DNA of 64,000 nt, from positions 1 to 64,000 of the IMG/VR virus record IMGVR_UViG_2808606549_000001; one strand, written 5' to 3'. The notes beneath the pieces were generated by a model. The model searched no databases, was not told the DNA's origin, and saw only the letters and a list, made by a program, of their open reading frames with translations. Of the stretch, positions 1 to 9,731 are shown in pieces. The position numbers and the translations under genes were made by a program. Source of the DNA: a virus. Lineage: Duplodnaviria > Caudoviricetes. Position 1 is the first letter of the stretch, and each line of letters starts with the position of its first letter.

Positions 1-2
1 CT

Positions 3-128
3 GTACTTCTAAGGTTCTATTCGTATGTTGTTGCCATGACAAATCTCCAAAGTGACATCCATTACCTACAGCAAAGAGCCAAGGAACTAGAGATTAACGT
101 TAAAATGATGCAACAAGAATATCAATGA
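3..128 (+). CDS. 3' end of a hypothetical protein (partial)
   Basis: Open frame ...MTNLQSDIHYLQQRAKELEINVKMMQQEYQ* running in from the window edge. Confidence 0.45.
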   Translation, partial: VLLRFYSYVVAMTNLQSDIHYLQQRAKELEINVKMMQQEYQ

Positions 129-142
129 AATAATAAATTTAT
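125..142. repeat. Junction site ATGAAA-TAATAA-ATTTAT (copy of the 18-bp repeat)
   Basis: Matches the repeat family and overlaps the TGA stop of the preceding ORF. Confidence 0.6.
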
Positions 143-166
143 CGACTTAAGAGAACATAGAGAATT

Positions 167-195
167 GCGTCCAAACATGTGTTGGGCGTCTTTTT
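167..195 (+). terminator. Intrinsic terminator
   Basis: GCGTCCAA...TTGGGCGT hairpin followed by a T-tract. Confidence 0.6.
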
Positions 196-307
196 GTGTG
201 TTCTATAGGGGGTGCGAAAAGTTTGCTTAAGGCAGATTTCGTAAGTGGTCTCTCCCCCGTCCACCCCCTTTGACACACTTTAATGGGAGAAACTAATACG
301 GTTTTAC

Positions 308-381
308 AAGCATGGGATATGTTCGGAGTCGCGATCCGAACAGATAAGTGGACATTCCTGAGTCTACTTCTCATGCTTTTT
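308..381 (+). ncRNA. Three-way-junction leader RNA (C4/CI-like architecture) upstream of the GIY-YIG gene
   Basis: P1 308-317/369-378; P2 TGTTCGGA-GTCGCGA-TCCGAACA; P3 AGTGGAC-ATTCCTGA-GTCTACT; poly-T follows. The P3 loop is complementary to TCAGGA (388) and CAGGA (401, the SD). Confidence 0.65.
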
Positions 382-415
382 ATTATTTCAGGATAATCTA
401 CAGGAGGTTTAGATA

Positions 416-1318
416 TTGGACACTATTTGGACAACTGCTGGAATTTACTTGATTCAAAATGAAATAAATAATAAAAAATACGTTGGATCATCAAGAGATA
501 TATCAAAGCGGAAATCGAATCACGTAAAAAGACTAAATGAGAATATTCACGATAACGCACATCTTCAGTTGGCATGGAATAAATACGGTGAAGAAAATTT
601 TACTTTTAGAGTCTTAGAATATGTGTACGACATTCACGGAATGGTTGAAAGAGAACAGTATTGGATAGATAAATATGAATGTCTCGATAACAATAAAGGT
701 TATAACTTAACAAACGCCGTACCATACAGAAGACCTGATGGGTTTGCAGAACAATATAGAAGTAAAAAATTTAAATTGAAATCAGATAGAAAAAAGCCAG
801 TTCTTAAACTAGAGAAAAAAAGAAAAAGACGAGAAAGTATCCTAATAAGCGAACGAGATGCACATGATATAAAGATCAGAATAAACAACGGTGAATCTTT
901 AGTATCAATTGCTAAAATATATAACATAAATGAAAACAGAGTTAGTCAAATAAAATATGGTGAGATATTTGACAACGTATTACCTGAGCTTACGCAAATA
1001 AAGAATACGACTCGTGCCAAACCTCTTAATTCAGATCAAGTTGATCAAATAAAACGTATGCTAGACAATGAGTTTAATGATTCCGATATTGCAAAAACGA
1101 TTAATTGCAACCTGTCAGTTGTGTATAAGATAAGGTTGGGATATGCATATATTACAGATAAAAAACAAGCAAAATTAACAGACGAACAGGTAATAACTAT
1201 AAGAGCACACCTAAAAGAAGGAAAGTCAGTCAAAGAGATTTCAAACATGATGGGAATTCGACCAGGAACAATTCAAAAAATAAAAGACAATCAAGCATAT
1301 AGAGGAATAAAGATATGA
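416..1318 (+). CDS. Freestanding GIY-YIG homing endonuclease with repeated C-terminal HTH-like DNA-binding units
   Basis: GIYLIQNEINNKKYVGSS...R...H...EQYWID...GYN catalytic motif; SD CAGGAGG; TTG start. Confidence 0.9.
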   Translation: MDTIWTTAGIYLIQNEINNKKYVGSSRDISKRKSNHVKRLNENIHDNAHLQLAWNKYGEENFTFRVLEYVYDIHGMVEREQYWIDKYECLDNNKGYNLTNAVPYRRPDGFAEQYRSKKFKLKSDRKKPVLKLEKKRKRRESILISERDAHDIKIRINNGESLVSIAKIYNINENRVSQIKYGEIFDNVLPELTQIKNTTRAKPLNSDQVDQIKRMLDNEFNDSDIAKTINCNLSVVYKIRLGYAYITDKKQAKLTDEQVITIRAHLKEGKSVKEISNMMGIRPGTIQKIKDNQAYRGIKI

Positions 1319-1338
1319 GTTAGGTGCGTGAAATAAAT

Positions 1339-2259
1339 ATGCCAGGGAGAAAGCGAAAGACAGATACAACTAACAATGAAAATACACATCAAATTTGTAT
1401 AAAGTGTAAAAAAAATAAAAGTCTTAAATCTGATTACTACTCAACCGTAAGCAATCTCTATCCCAATGGTAATTATCCCGTCTGTAAGGCGTGTGTTCAA
1501 GAGAAGTTGCCACAAGAAGTTGACCCCTTAGATAAAAACTACCTGACAGTGGTTCATGGAATTCTTCTCGAATTAAACAAGCCATACCTCCATAGCCTTT
1601 GGTTGTCTTCAATCGAAGAAGCAAATCGAAGAGGTTGGAATACGTTTAACTGCTACATGAAAAATATTCAACTTAACCATAAAGATTATACATGGAAAAA
1701 TAGTGACCTGGGTGATAAGTCTTCTGAGCAATCTGATGACAATACACAAGTCAGCATTAATTTTAAGGTAACTCAAGACATTCTTATTCGTTGGGGTCAA
1801 AACTATACGGTTGATGATTATGTGAAATTAGAAGACTTCTATCACAACATGAAGAAAATGAACAAGATAGAAACCCCTCAAGAAGAAACATATCTAAAGA
1901 AACTTGCCGTAATATCTGTGAAAATGGATCAAGAATTAGAATCAGGAAACTATGGTCAGGTAAAACAACTTGGCGATCTGTTCTCTAAATACATGGCAGA
2001 CAGTAAATTTAGAGCCATGGATAAAAGTGAAGTAGATAAAACTGGAGGAATTCGTTCCTTCGGCGCTATCTTCGCAGAGTGTGAATCTGAAGGACATATT
2101 CCACCTTGGGAGCAGTTCAGAAAAATTAAAGGATTAACTCAAGACTTGGTAGACAAAACAATTATGCATATTGAGAATTTCACTCTCCGTTTAAATAAGA
2201 TCGAGCGAATGGTTGAACCTCCTTCAGATACCCCCAAGATTACTGAAGGTGATGTTTGA
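1339..2259 (+). CDS. Zn-finger protein, probable terminase small subunit
   Basis: CxxC...CxxC at the N-terminus; directly upstream of and overlapping the large terminase. Confidence 0.55.
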   Translation: MPGRKRKTDTTNNENTHQICIKCKKNKSLKSDYYSTVSNLYPNGNYPVCKACVQEKLPQEVDPLDKNYLTVVHGILLELNKPYLHSLWLSSIEEANRRGWNTFNCYMKNIQLNHKDYTWKNSDLGDKSSEQSDDNTQVSINFKVTQDILIRWGQNYTVDDYVKLEDFYHNMKKMNKIETPQEETYLKKLAVISVKMDQELESGNYGQVKQLGDLFSKYMADSKFRAMDKSEVDKTGGIRSFGAIFAECESEGHIPPWEQFRKIKGLTQDLVDKTIMHIENFTLRLNKIERMVEPPSDTPKITEGDV

Positions 2260-4037
2260 TGTCTTACAAAAACTATAGTAAACGAGACAGAGCCGATAAA
2301 GATTCTGAAGCATTTGCATCTCCAGAGAATATTGAAAGAACGCATGTTAATGAGGAAACGGTTGAAAGACTCCAACGAATTAGTGACAGATGGATTGAAT
2401 ATTGTAGTTATTTTCGTGCTTATCCAGATCACTTTCTAGATTTTATTTCTGACCCAGAATCCAAAATAAAGTTGTATTTCTATCAACGAGTTTATCTGCG
2501 TGTAATGCTTAGATATCGAAAAGTGTTTCTAACTGCTACTCGCGGTACTTCAAAAAGTTATCTCCAGACCTTAGCATTCGTCTTGAAATGCATCTTCTAC
2601 CCTAATACTAAACTGTTCATCTGCGCCCCAGGTAAAGAGCAAGCTTCCAAGATTGCAGCGGAGAAACTTGAAGATATTTTTGAACATTACCCACTTCTAC
2701 GAAACGAAGTTAAGACACTTACATCTACAAAAGATTATGTTCGTGTAGTCTTTACAAATGGCTCAAAATACGATGTTGTTCAAATGTCTGATGCATCGCG
2801 TGGCGGACGACGATATGGTGGTGCCGTAGAAGAAATCGCAGATAAGAAATTCAATGGTGATATTCTTAATAGCGTTGTAATTCCACTCATGGCGAATAAT
2901 CGAATTGCAATGAATGGTTCTGTAGATCCCAATGAACCACATAAAAGCGAAATTTATATTACAACAGCAGGTACACAGCAGCAATTCGCATATGAAAAAT
3001 TAATGGAAGTATACAATGAAATGCTGGATGGTAAGTCTGCATTTTGCTTAGGTAATTCTTATGAATTGCCTTGTGACTATGGTCAATTAGACATTGACTT
3101 TGTTGAAGCGCTAAGAGAGTCACCTACATACTCCATCATGGATTTCATGCGTGAATATGAGTCGATCTATACAGGAAGTGGATCTGATAGCCTTGTTTCA
3201 GATGATAAATTGAACAAGACCAGAGTCGTCGGTGTTGCCGAATGGGAACATTGTGGAGAGGAAAATGTTGAATATGTATTGTCTTATGACGTTTCTCGAA
3301 ATGAAGGCGACGAAAACGCCCTATCCTGTTTGGCGGTAATTAAAATTACACCAAAAAGTAATGGGACTTATACAAAAGAAGTCGTTAATTTGTTCTCACT
3401 GGAAGGCCAACATAGTTTGCTACAGGCTAAGTTCTTAAAAGAAAAAGTTAAAAACTATAGAGCAAAGATATTAGTTATCGATGCTAACGGACTAGGCGTG
3501 TCGGTTGTTGACCAACTTGTATTAGACTTGGACGATGGCAATCCTCCTTATTCGGTCGTCAATGATGAACGCTATGATAGATACAAAATGGACAACAGCA
3601 TCCCAATGGTATTTGCATTAAAGGCACAGAGCACTGAAACCAAAGAAACTCATATGGTCAATAACTTCATGCAAATATTCGCCAAAATGGATGTTGGACT
3701 ATTAAAGGTTACAAACGAAGGTATTAAAGATTTAGAAAAGAAGATGAAACACAAAATCAAGGATAGTGAGGAACTTGCAAGATTCCAACTACCCTATTTA
3801 TTGACTGATGTTCTTTGCGAAGAAATTATGAATCTTAGATATAAACAAAACGGTAACAATACTCAAGCAGAGCGTATTAGCATGAGAATAAGAAAAGATA
3901 AATTTAGTGCATTAATGTATGGCCTGTATTGGATTTACTTAGAGGAACAGAAAAATAGGATTCGGAAACGTCAAAATAACATTGATCCTCGTAAGTTTTT
4001 ACTTATGAAAAAGCCAAATGTCTATGCATCAAAGTAA
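2256..4037 (+). CDS. Terminase large subunit
   Basis: Walker A-like ATRGTSKS; YDVSR, IDANGLG and KDKFSA RNase H-like nuclease motifs. Confidence 0.9.
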   Translation: MMSYKNYSKRDRADKDSEAFASPENIERTHVNEETVERLQRISDRWIEYCSYFRAYPDHFLDFISDPESKIKLYFYQRVYLRVMLRYRKVFLTATRGTSKSYLQTLAFVLKCIFYPNTKLFICAPGKEQASKIAAEKLEDIFEHYPLLRNEVKTLTSTKDYVRVVFTNGSKYDVVQMSDASRGGRRYGGAVEEIADKKFNGDILNSVVIPLMANNRIAMNGSVDPNEPHKSEIYITTAGTQQQFAYEKLMEVYNEMLDGKSAFCLGNSYELPCDYGQLDIDFVEALRESPTYSIMDFMREYESIYTGSGSDSLVSDDKLNKTRVVGVAEWEHCGEENVEYVLSYDVSRNEGDENALSCLAVIKITPKSNGTYTKEVVNLFSLEGQHSLLQAKFLKEKVKNYRAKILVIDANGLGVSVVDQLVLDLDDGNPPYSVVNDERYDRYKMDNSIPMVFALKAQSTETKETHMVNNFMQIFAKMDVGLLKVTNEGIKDLEKKMKHKIKDSEELARFQLPYLLTDVLCEEIMNLRYKQNGNNTQAERISMRIRKDKFSALMYGLYWIYLEEQKNRIRKRQNNIDPRKFLLMKKPNVYASK

Positions 4038-4058
4038 TAAATGTGGGGAGGTGGATAA

Positions 4059-5552
4059 ATGGCAGATATTGATAATGAGGAATTAAAGAAGCAACGACAG
4101 TTTGCAGAGTTACAGAAACTTTCTCTTGTTGACCTAGAGAGGTTCCCTTATCGTACTCAGGAAATGGTTGTTGGTACATACACCAAAGACCAATTAAAAG
4201 AATATTTAAAGGCTCCCGAGCTTGAAGCAAATCAAAAAGCCTTACGTAAAATTAGTCGGTTTCTATACAATGCTTCTACACATTATAAGCGACTTGTTCA
4301 GGACTTTGCGACTATGCTGACTCTCGACCACTATTTAGAACCTTATTCGCTTAATCCTGATAAAGTGAATAAAAAGACATTTAAAACCGCATATCTTAAA
4401 GCTGTTGACGTTGTTGAAAACATGAATATTAAACATGAGATGGGAAAAGTTCAGCAATATGTCTATAGAGATGGTATTTTTTATGGATATATTCACTCAA
4501 ATAAGGAATCATTCTTTCTTCAGTACCTTGACCCTGATTTCTGCAAGATTACCTTTGTTGAAGATGGATTATTTGGATTCGCGTTCAATTTTCAATATTT
4601 CAATACATATCCTGAACGTTTAGACATGTTTCCAGATGAGTTCAAACAAATTTACAATGACAGGTTTGGCGGTAAAGGAAACAGAAAAAAGGGAAATTCA
4701 TCTACATATTGGGTTAACTTAGATATAAATAATACCATATGTATTAAAGTTGATGAAGCAACTTGGTATCCTATTCCCCCATTTGTTGGTGTATTTGAGG
4801 ATATTCTAAATATTTCTGATTTTAAAGCTTTGCAAAAAACAAGCGAAGAAATCGGAAACTATAAGTTGCTATTTCAGCAGATCCCACTTGATGAAAAAAC
4901 AGGCGACGCCAATAAGTTTTTACTTACCGAAGATTATGCGAAATTGTTCCATGATAATATCGAAGAGAATCTTCCAAAGCAAGTTGGCATCATAACGGGA
5001 CCGATGAAGGTTGAGGCTATCAATTTTGATAAGGACACAACTGATAAGAACCGCGTCATGGATTCTATTAGGCAATTCTGGTCAAATGCTGGCGTAGATC
5101 AAAAGCTATTCTCTGGTGATACATCTGGTTCAGTCGGGCTTAATGCGTCTATTCGCACAGATGAAGCCGTAGCATTTACTCTTCTGAAACAAATTGAGAG
5201 ATGGCTAAATAAATATGCCAAACAAAACATCAATGGTATATATAAGTTCAGAGTTAAGATGCCTGAAATTACGATCTTCAATCAAGAAGAATTGCGTCAA
5301 CAGCTTTTGAAAGAAGCTCAATTTGGACTTCCTGTGAAGACGAGGTTGCTGGCTGCTGGTGGAGCAAGTCCGTCTGCTGTAACCAATATGACTTTTCTTG
5401 AAAATGAAATTTTGAAATTGCAAGAATCATTTATACCTTTGTCCTCTGCTCACACTGGCGGTATGACTGAAGGTGGCGCTCCAATAAAGTCAGTTAAATC
5501 TGATGCAGGAGATAAAACCGCAGATTCTAACAGCAACGATAATCGTGCTTAA
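4059..5552 (+). CDS. Portal protein
   Basis: 497 aa directly after the terminase; SPbeta-type synteny. Confidence 0.8.
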   Translation: MADIDNEELKKQRQFAELQKLSLVDLERFPYRTQEMVVGTYTKDQLKEYLKAPELEANQKALRKISRFLYNASTHYKRLVQDFATMLTLDHYLEPYSLNPDKVNKKTFKTAYLKAVDVVENMNIKHEMGKVQQYVYRDGIFYGYIHSNKESFFLQYLDPDFCKITFVEDGLFGFAFNFQYFNTYPERLDMFPDEFKQIYNDRFGGKGNRKKGNSSTYWVNLDINNTICIKVDEATWYPIPPFVGVFEDILNISDFKALQKTSEEIGNYKLLFQQIPLDEKTGDANKFLLTEDYAKLFHDNIEENLPKQVGIITGPMKVEAINFDKDTTDKNRVMDSIRQFWSNAGVDQKLFSGDTSGSVGLNASIRTDEAVAFTLLKQIERWLNKYAKQNINGIYKFRVKMPEITIFNQEELRQQLLKEAQFGLPVKTRLLAAGGASPSAVTNMTFLENEILKLQESFIPLSSAHTGGMTEGGAPIKSVKSDAGDKTADSNSNDNRA

Positions 5553-5580
5553 CTACACCATTTGCTGAGAAGGAGGTGAT

Positions 5581-7182
5581 TTGTATTTGAAGTATACCGT
5601 TAATACATCTATCCCTATTACTTTTGAAGCAACCACACAAGAAGACTCTATATTCATGCCTGTTGTCATCGATATTGCTCATGTCGGTCAAAATCTAAAT
5701 AATTCTGTATTTTCTCGGGAGTTTCTTGAACAGATTGCCCCATCCCTCAGCAATATTCCAATTGTTGGCTATATCACATTAAACAATTATAACGAAGCAG
5801 ATTTTAACGGACACGAAGAGAAGTTAATTGTTGATGGCGATAAGATTGATTTTGATTACCAGGGAAGAGCATATGGAGTAATCCCTGAGAGCAATAATTA
5901 TAGATTCGAAGATAAGGTTTGTAATGATGGAGTAACCAGAACTTTCTTACGGTGCGATGCCCTACTGTGGAGAAAATTCCATGAGTGTACTGATATATTC
6001 GATAGAGATACCGAGAAATCACAAAGCCTTGAATTTGACCCAAAAAGTATTAAGGGTTTCTTTGGAAAAGATAAATTATTTCACTTTACTGACGCTAAAT
6101 TTGAAGCAGCATGTATCCTTGGTAATGGTGTTAGGCCAGCTCATGTAGGAAGTTCTGTAGAAAAGTTTAGTGCTAATGGACTGAAAGAGCAAATTAGCGA
6201 GATGTTTAGTGAAGTTAAAAAATATTTTGAGAAAAGTAAAGAAGTCGAAGTTTCTCAAGAAGGAGGTCAAGAAGTGGATCAAGTTTTTGAAATGTTGCAA
6301 AAGTATAACCTAACTATTGAAAATCTACAAGAAAAAGAGATTGATCATACCCAATTCTCACTTGAAGAACTTGAAGAAAAGGTTAAGTCGATGTTCAATG
6401 GACAACAGGAAACTGCAAATGAAGACGAATCTGATGCTATTCCAACTGATTTTTCGTTAACCGTTAGTCAAATGGAATGTGAACTAGATCGTGAATTGGA
6501 ATCCCTTGAATCTATTGTAGAGCAATACTGGGAAGATACTTATTCCTATCCTCGCTACTGCTATCGGGACTGTAAACCAGAACAAGGCATCGTTATTGCA
6601 ATTGACCGCAAGAACGAATACTTAGTTGGATTCAACTATTCAGTTTCTGGCGACAAATATACAATTGATGTTGCATCTGCTAAAAGGTATAAAGTTGACT
6701 ACTCTCCTATGGAGATTGAAGTTGATTCCCCTGTAGCAACTAATATGTCTAAGGATCAATATGAATTTGCGCTCCAGGCATATGAAAAACATCTTAAGGC
6801 GGAATTTGCAGTAGAAAAGGCAAAAGTTGACGAAGAGTTATCTCAACTCCAAGTTCAATTTGAACAAGTTGAAGATGAAAGAAAGCAATTTGCTGCCAAA
6901 CTTGCTGAAAAGGATGCCGAAGAGCGTCAATCACAAGAACAAGCGTTGTTTAATAGTTTCTCCGATAAGTTGACTGAAGATGAGATTGCAAGCATCAAAG
7001 AAGATAAATCTCAATTTACTATTCAGCAACTTGAAGAGAAAATGCTGCTTGCATTTGCCAAGAAAAATATCAAGTTTAGCACAACTCAAGAAGACAAACC
7101 TCTTCGTTTCGGCATCCCCGATGAAGAAGGAAAGGTCAAAAGTGATAAGTGTTGGGCTGACCTAATTGAAAGAAACAAATAA
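5581..7182 (+). CDS. Prohead protease/scaffold protein
   Basis: HVGQNLNNS...SLE...ACILG protease-like N-terminus and an acidic coiled-coil C-terminus; lies between portal and capsid. Confidence 0.7.
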   Translation: MYLKYTVNTSIPITFEATTQEDSIFMPVVIDIAHVGQNLNNSVFSREFLEQIAPSLSNIPIVGYITLNNYNEADFNGHEEKLIVDGDKIDFDYQGRAYGVIPESNNYRFEDKVCNDGVTRTFLRCDALLWRKFHECTDIFDRDTEKSQSLEFDPKSIKGFFGKDKLFHFTDAKFEAACILGNGVRPAHVGSSVEKFSANGLKEQISEMFSEVKKYFEKSKEVEVSQEGGQEVDQVFEMLQKYNLTIENLQEKEIDHTQFSLEELEEKVKSMFNGQQETANEDESDAIPTDFSLTVSQMECELDRELESLESIVEQYWEDTYSYPRYCYRDCKPEQGIVIAIDRKNEYLVGFNYSVSGDKYTIDVASAKRYKVDYSPMEIEVDSPVATNMSKDQYEFALQAYEKHLKAEFAVEKAKVDEELSQLQVQFEQVEDERKQFAAKLAEKDAEERQSQEQALFNSFSDKLTEDEIASIKEDKSQFTIQQLEEKMLLAFAKKNIKFSTTQEDKPLRFGIPDEEGKVKSDKCWADLIERNK

Positions 7183-7201
7183 TAAATAAACACATTTTAT
7201 T

Positions 7202-7226
7202 AACGCGCTTATTGGCGTGTTTTTTA
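7202..7226 (+). terminator. Intrinsic terminator-like hairpin
   Basis: AACGCGC-TTATTG-GCGTGTT followed by a T-tract. Confidence 0.5.
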
Positions 7227-7261
7227 TTTTACTTTTTAAATTCCAAGGAGGATTTACTTAA

Positions 7262-7750
7262 ATGGCTAAAGGTGCTGTTCGTCTTGACCGAGTTCATGCA
7301 ACTCGTGGAGGCAATATTCTTTCTGTAAAATCCGCAGCTGATGAGTTGCAAAATGGTTATGTTGTATTCGCTCATGCTCTATCTAGTGGTGAACGCGAAG
7401 TTTTTGACGCTATCAAACCTGCAACTGCAACAATTACGACTGATGAAGTTCTGCTGATCGCAAGCCCTGAAATTACCTATAACGCTGGTGAAACTATTTC
7501 TGATTTCACGAATGCTGCTGGTAAGGTTGCTCGCGCTATCCCGCTGAAGAATGACGACATTGTTACGATTACTGATAACGTAATCTCTGGTGCAGCCGTA
7601 GTAGGTAAATTCCTGATTCCTCAAAATGCATCTTACCAATTGGTTGTTGCAAACGACCTTTCTGGTGGCACTCGTTTTGCGGGTGAAGTCATCGAGAAAA
7701 CGACCATCTATGGTCTAGCTGCAACCGTTATTCGCGTTATCAAGGGCTAA
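7262..7750 (+). CDS. Capsid decoration/cement protein
   Basis: 162 aa, Ala/Val-rich, strong SD, immediately before the major capsid gene. Confidence 0.6.
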   Translation: MAKGAVRLDRVHATRGGNILSVKSAADELQNGYVVFAHALSSGEREVFDAIKPATATITTDEVLLIASPEITYNAGETISDFTNAAGKVARAIPLKNDDIVTITDNVISGAAVVGKFLIPQNASYQLVVANDLSGGTRFAGEVIEKTTIYGLAATVIRVIKG

Positions 7751-7782
7751 TACATAGCGACTATATAAGGAGGATAATATAA

Positions 7783-8769
7783 ATGTCTGATCGCAATAAA
7801 CTTGTCCAAATGGGCATCGATTTGTATAAAGGTTCTGTAGGAAACTTCTCCGCAGACGAAGTTGAACATAATTTCCGTAAAGCGCTAAACCAACTCACTG
7901 GTGGCGAAAAGTTTGATGCAAAAGCATTCCGCCGTAACAAAATTGCTATCTTCGAAGTAATGGAAGAAGTTCTAGATGTCGCAATCCTTGAGGGTATTGA
8001 AAATCAATTTGCTGAGTTTGTAGAATATCGCAATGTTTCTCATGGTGATAAGCCAATTTTCATGGTTGAAGATTACAAGCTGTTCCCTGTAGCCACCATT
8101 GCTTCCGGTACGAATAACATTCGTCGTCAACGTCTTGATCGTACTGGCCTGTCCGTTACGACTGGCTATAAGGGCGTCAAGATTTATGAAGAACTTGAGC
8201 GTTTCCTTGCTGGAAAGGTTGATTGGGCTAAACTTGTTGCTAAGGTACAAAAGTCTTTCAATGCTCAAATCGCTGCTGATATCTATGCTGCTCTTCAAGC
8301 TGGTTATGGCTCCCTCTCTGCTCCGTACAAGTACAGCGGTTCTTGGGATCTGACGCAATTCAACACTCTTATTTCCCACATCGAAGCCGCTACTGGCCTC
8401 TCCTCGATGGTATTCGGTACCAAACTTGCGCTTCAAAACGTTGCTCCAGCGTATGTTGCTTACAACGGTCAACTGATTGCAGATCGCAACAATGACGGTT
8501 ATTTTAAGGTTGTTGACGGTACAGTTCTTACTGAGATCAAGCAATCGCATGTTCCTGGTGGAGATACTTTTGCTATCAGCAACAAAGACATGATCATTGT
8601 CCCTAACGGCCAAGAGAAAATCATCAAGCTTGTTGTCGAAGGTGACTCTGAAATCACTGAATCTGTTGACGGTCAAAATGCCGATGAGTCGAAAGAATTC
8701 CTATTTAAGAAAAAGTATGGCGTTGGCGTAGTAGCTGCAACACGCTATGGCGCATACCTACTTCCATAA
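7783..8769 (+). CDS. Major capsid protein
   Basis: 328 aa with high-expression codon bias; size and position fit an HK97-fold capsid. Confidence 0.85.
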   Translation: MSDRNKLVQMGIDLYKGSVGNFSADEVEHNFRKALNQLTGGEKFDAKAFRRNKIAIFEVMEEVLDVAILEGIENQFAEFVEYRNVSHGDKPIFMVEDYKLFPVATIASGTNNIRRQRLDRTGLSVTTGYKGVKIYEELERFLAGKVDWAKLVAKVQKSFNAQIAADIYAALQAGYGSLSAPYKYSGSWDLTQFNTLISHIEAATGLSSMVFGTKLALQNVAPAYVAYNGQLIADRNNDGYFKVVDGTVLTEIKQSHVPGGDTFAISNKDMIIVPNGQEKIIKLVVEGDSEITESVDGQNADESKEFLFKKKYGVGVVAATRYGAYLLP

Positions 8770-8844
8770 TAGAAATAAAGTATAAAATAGAGGGTTCAAT
8801 TTATTTGTTCCCTCTTAAATCTAAATTTAAGGGAGAATGCATTA

Positions 8845-9300
8845 ATGGTTACAAAACGTAAGTTGGATGAAAATACTCTTGTCAATGTTGTCAATAACAC
8901 TAATGGCGTTCTTTACTATAAGTCTCCGCGAACTCAACGTGATTGGCGTTTTGAGAATTATGAAGATGAAGATGTCATGGAACTCCACGAACTCAGAACA
9001 ATGTCTGCTTCGTTCAAACGTTATTTTGAAGATAATTGGATTCGTATTCTTGATGATGATGTTATTGAGTATCTTCGTTTAGGTAGATACTTCGAAAAAA
9101 CAATGACGTCAGAAGAACTCGATCAGATGCTCGATAAATCCGTTGATGAGTTGAAGGAATTCTTAGATAAATCATCTAGCAATGTTAAGTCTCTTATTCT
9201 CGCAAAAGCAAGAGAGCGATATGAACAAGGTACACTTACTAATATTCATATCATCGAAATGCTTAAGGAGAAATTTGGAGCAGAGATCGATATTACTTAA
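8845..9300 (+). CDS. Phage structural/assembly protein
   Basis: Good SD; sits after the capsid gene as in SPbeta-like phages. Confidence 0.6.
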   Translation: MVTKRKLDENTLVNVVNNTNGVLYYKSPRTQRDWRFENYEDEDVMELHELRTMSASFKRYFEDNWIRILDDDVIEYLRLGRYFEKTMTSEELDQMLDKSVDELKEFLDKSSSNVKSLILAKARERYEQGTLTNIHIIEMLKEKFGAEIDIT

Positions 9301-9314
9301 TAGGAGGATGCTGA

Positions 9315-9731
9315 ATGGCAACTCCATTTACAAACGTATATGATGTAATGCTTAGTCAGTTGACAGATCCCATTTTCTTGGCGAACGACGACGATGACTC
9401 TTTGAAAAAACGATACCTGTTGAACAGTATTCCTCGATTTGCAAGGTGTAAAAAAGACCTGTCGCAGAGAAATGATATACAATTTACTGCTGATCTAAGT
9501 GATGAAGAAATGTTGATTCTTGGGACATTAATGGCCGTTGAATACTTGAAACCTCAGATATCATCACTTGAGAATATTAAGCAGTCGATGGGTTCTCGTG
9601 ATTTTAGTTTGACAAGTCAGGCTGCACACTTAGATCAACTGAGAAAACTCAGGAATGATTATAAGAAAGATGCTGACGATTTAATTGTTCAGTACACGTA
9701 CAACAATTCGAACTTGAGTGGTCTTAAATGA
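9315..9731 (+). CDS. Head-tail adaptor protein (putative)
   Basis: MATPFTNVYD...DFSLTSQAAHL; helical; synteny. Confidence 0.6.
   Translation: MATPFTNVYDVMLSQLTDPIFLANDDDDSLKKRYLLNSIPRFARCKKDLSQRNDIQFTADLSDEEMLILGTLMAVEYLKPQISSLENIKQSMGSRDFSLTSQAAHLDQLRKLRNDYKKDADDLIVQYTYNNSNLSGLK

Noticed and set aside
7972-8676. 234-aa minus-strand ORF
   Set aside because: Antisense shadow of the codon-biased major capsid gene; no RBS or domain.
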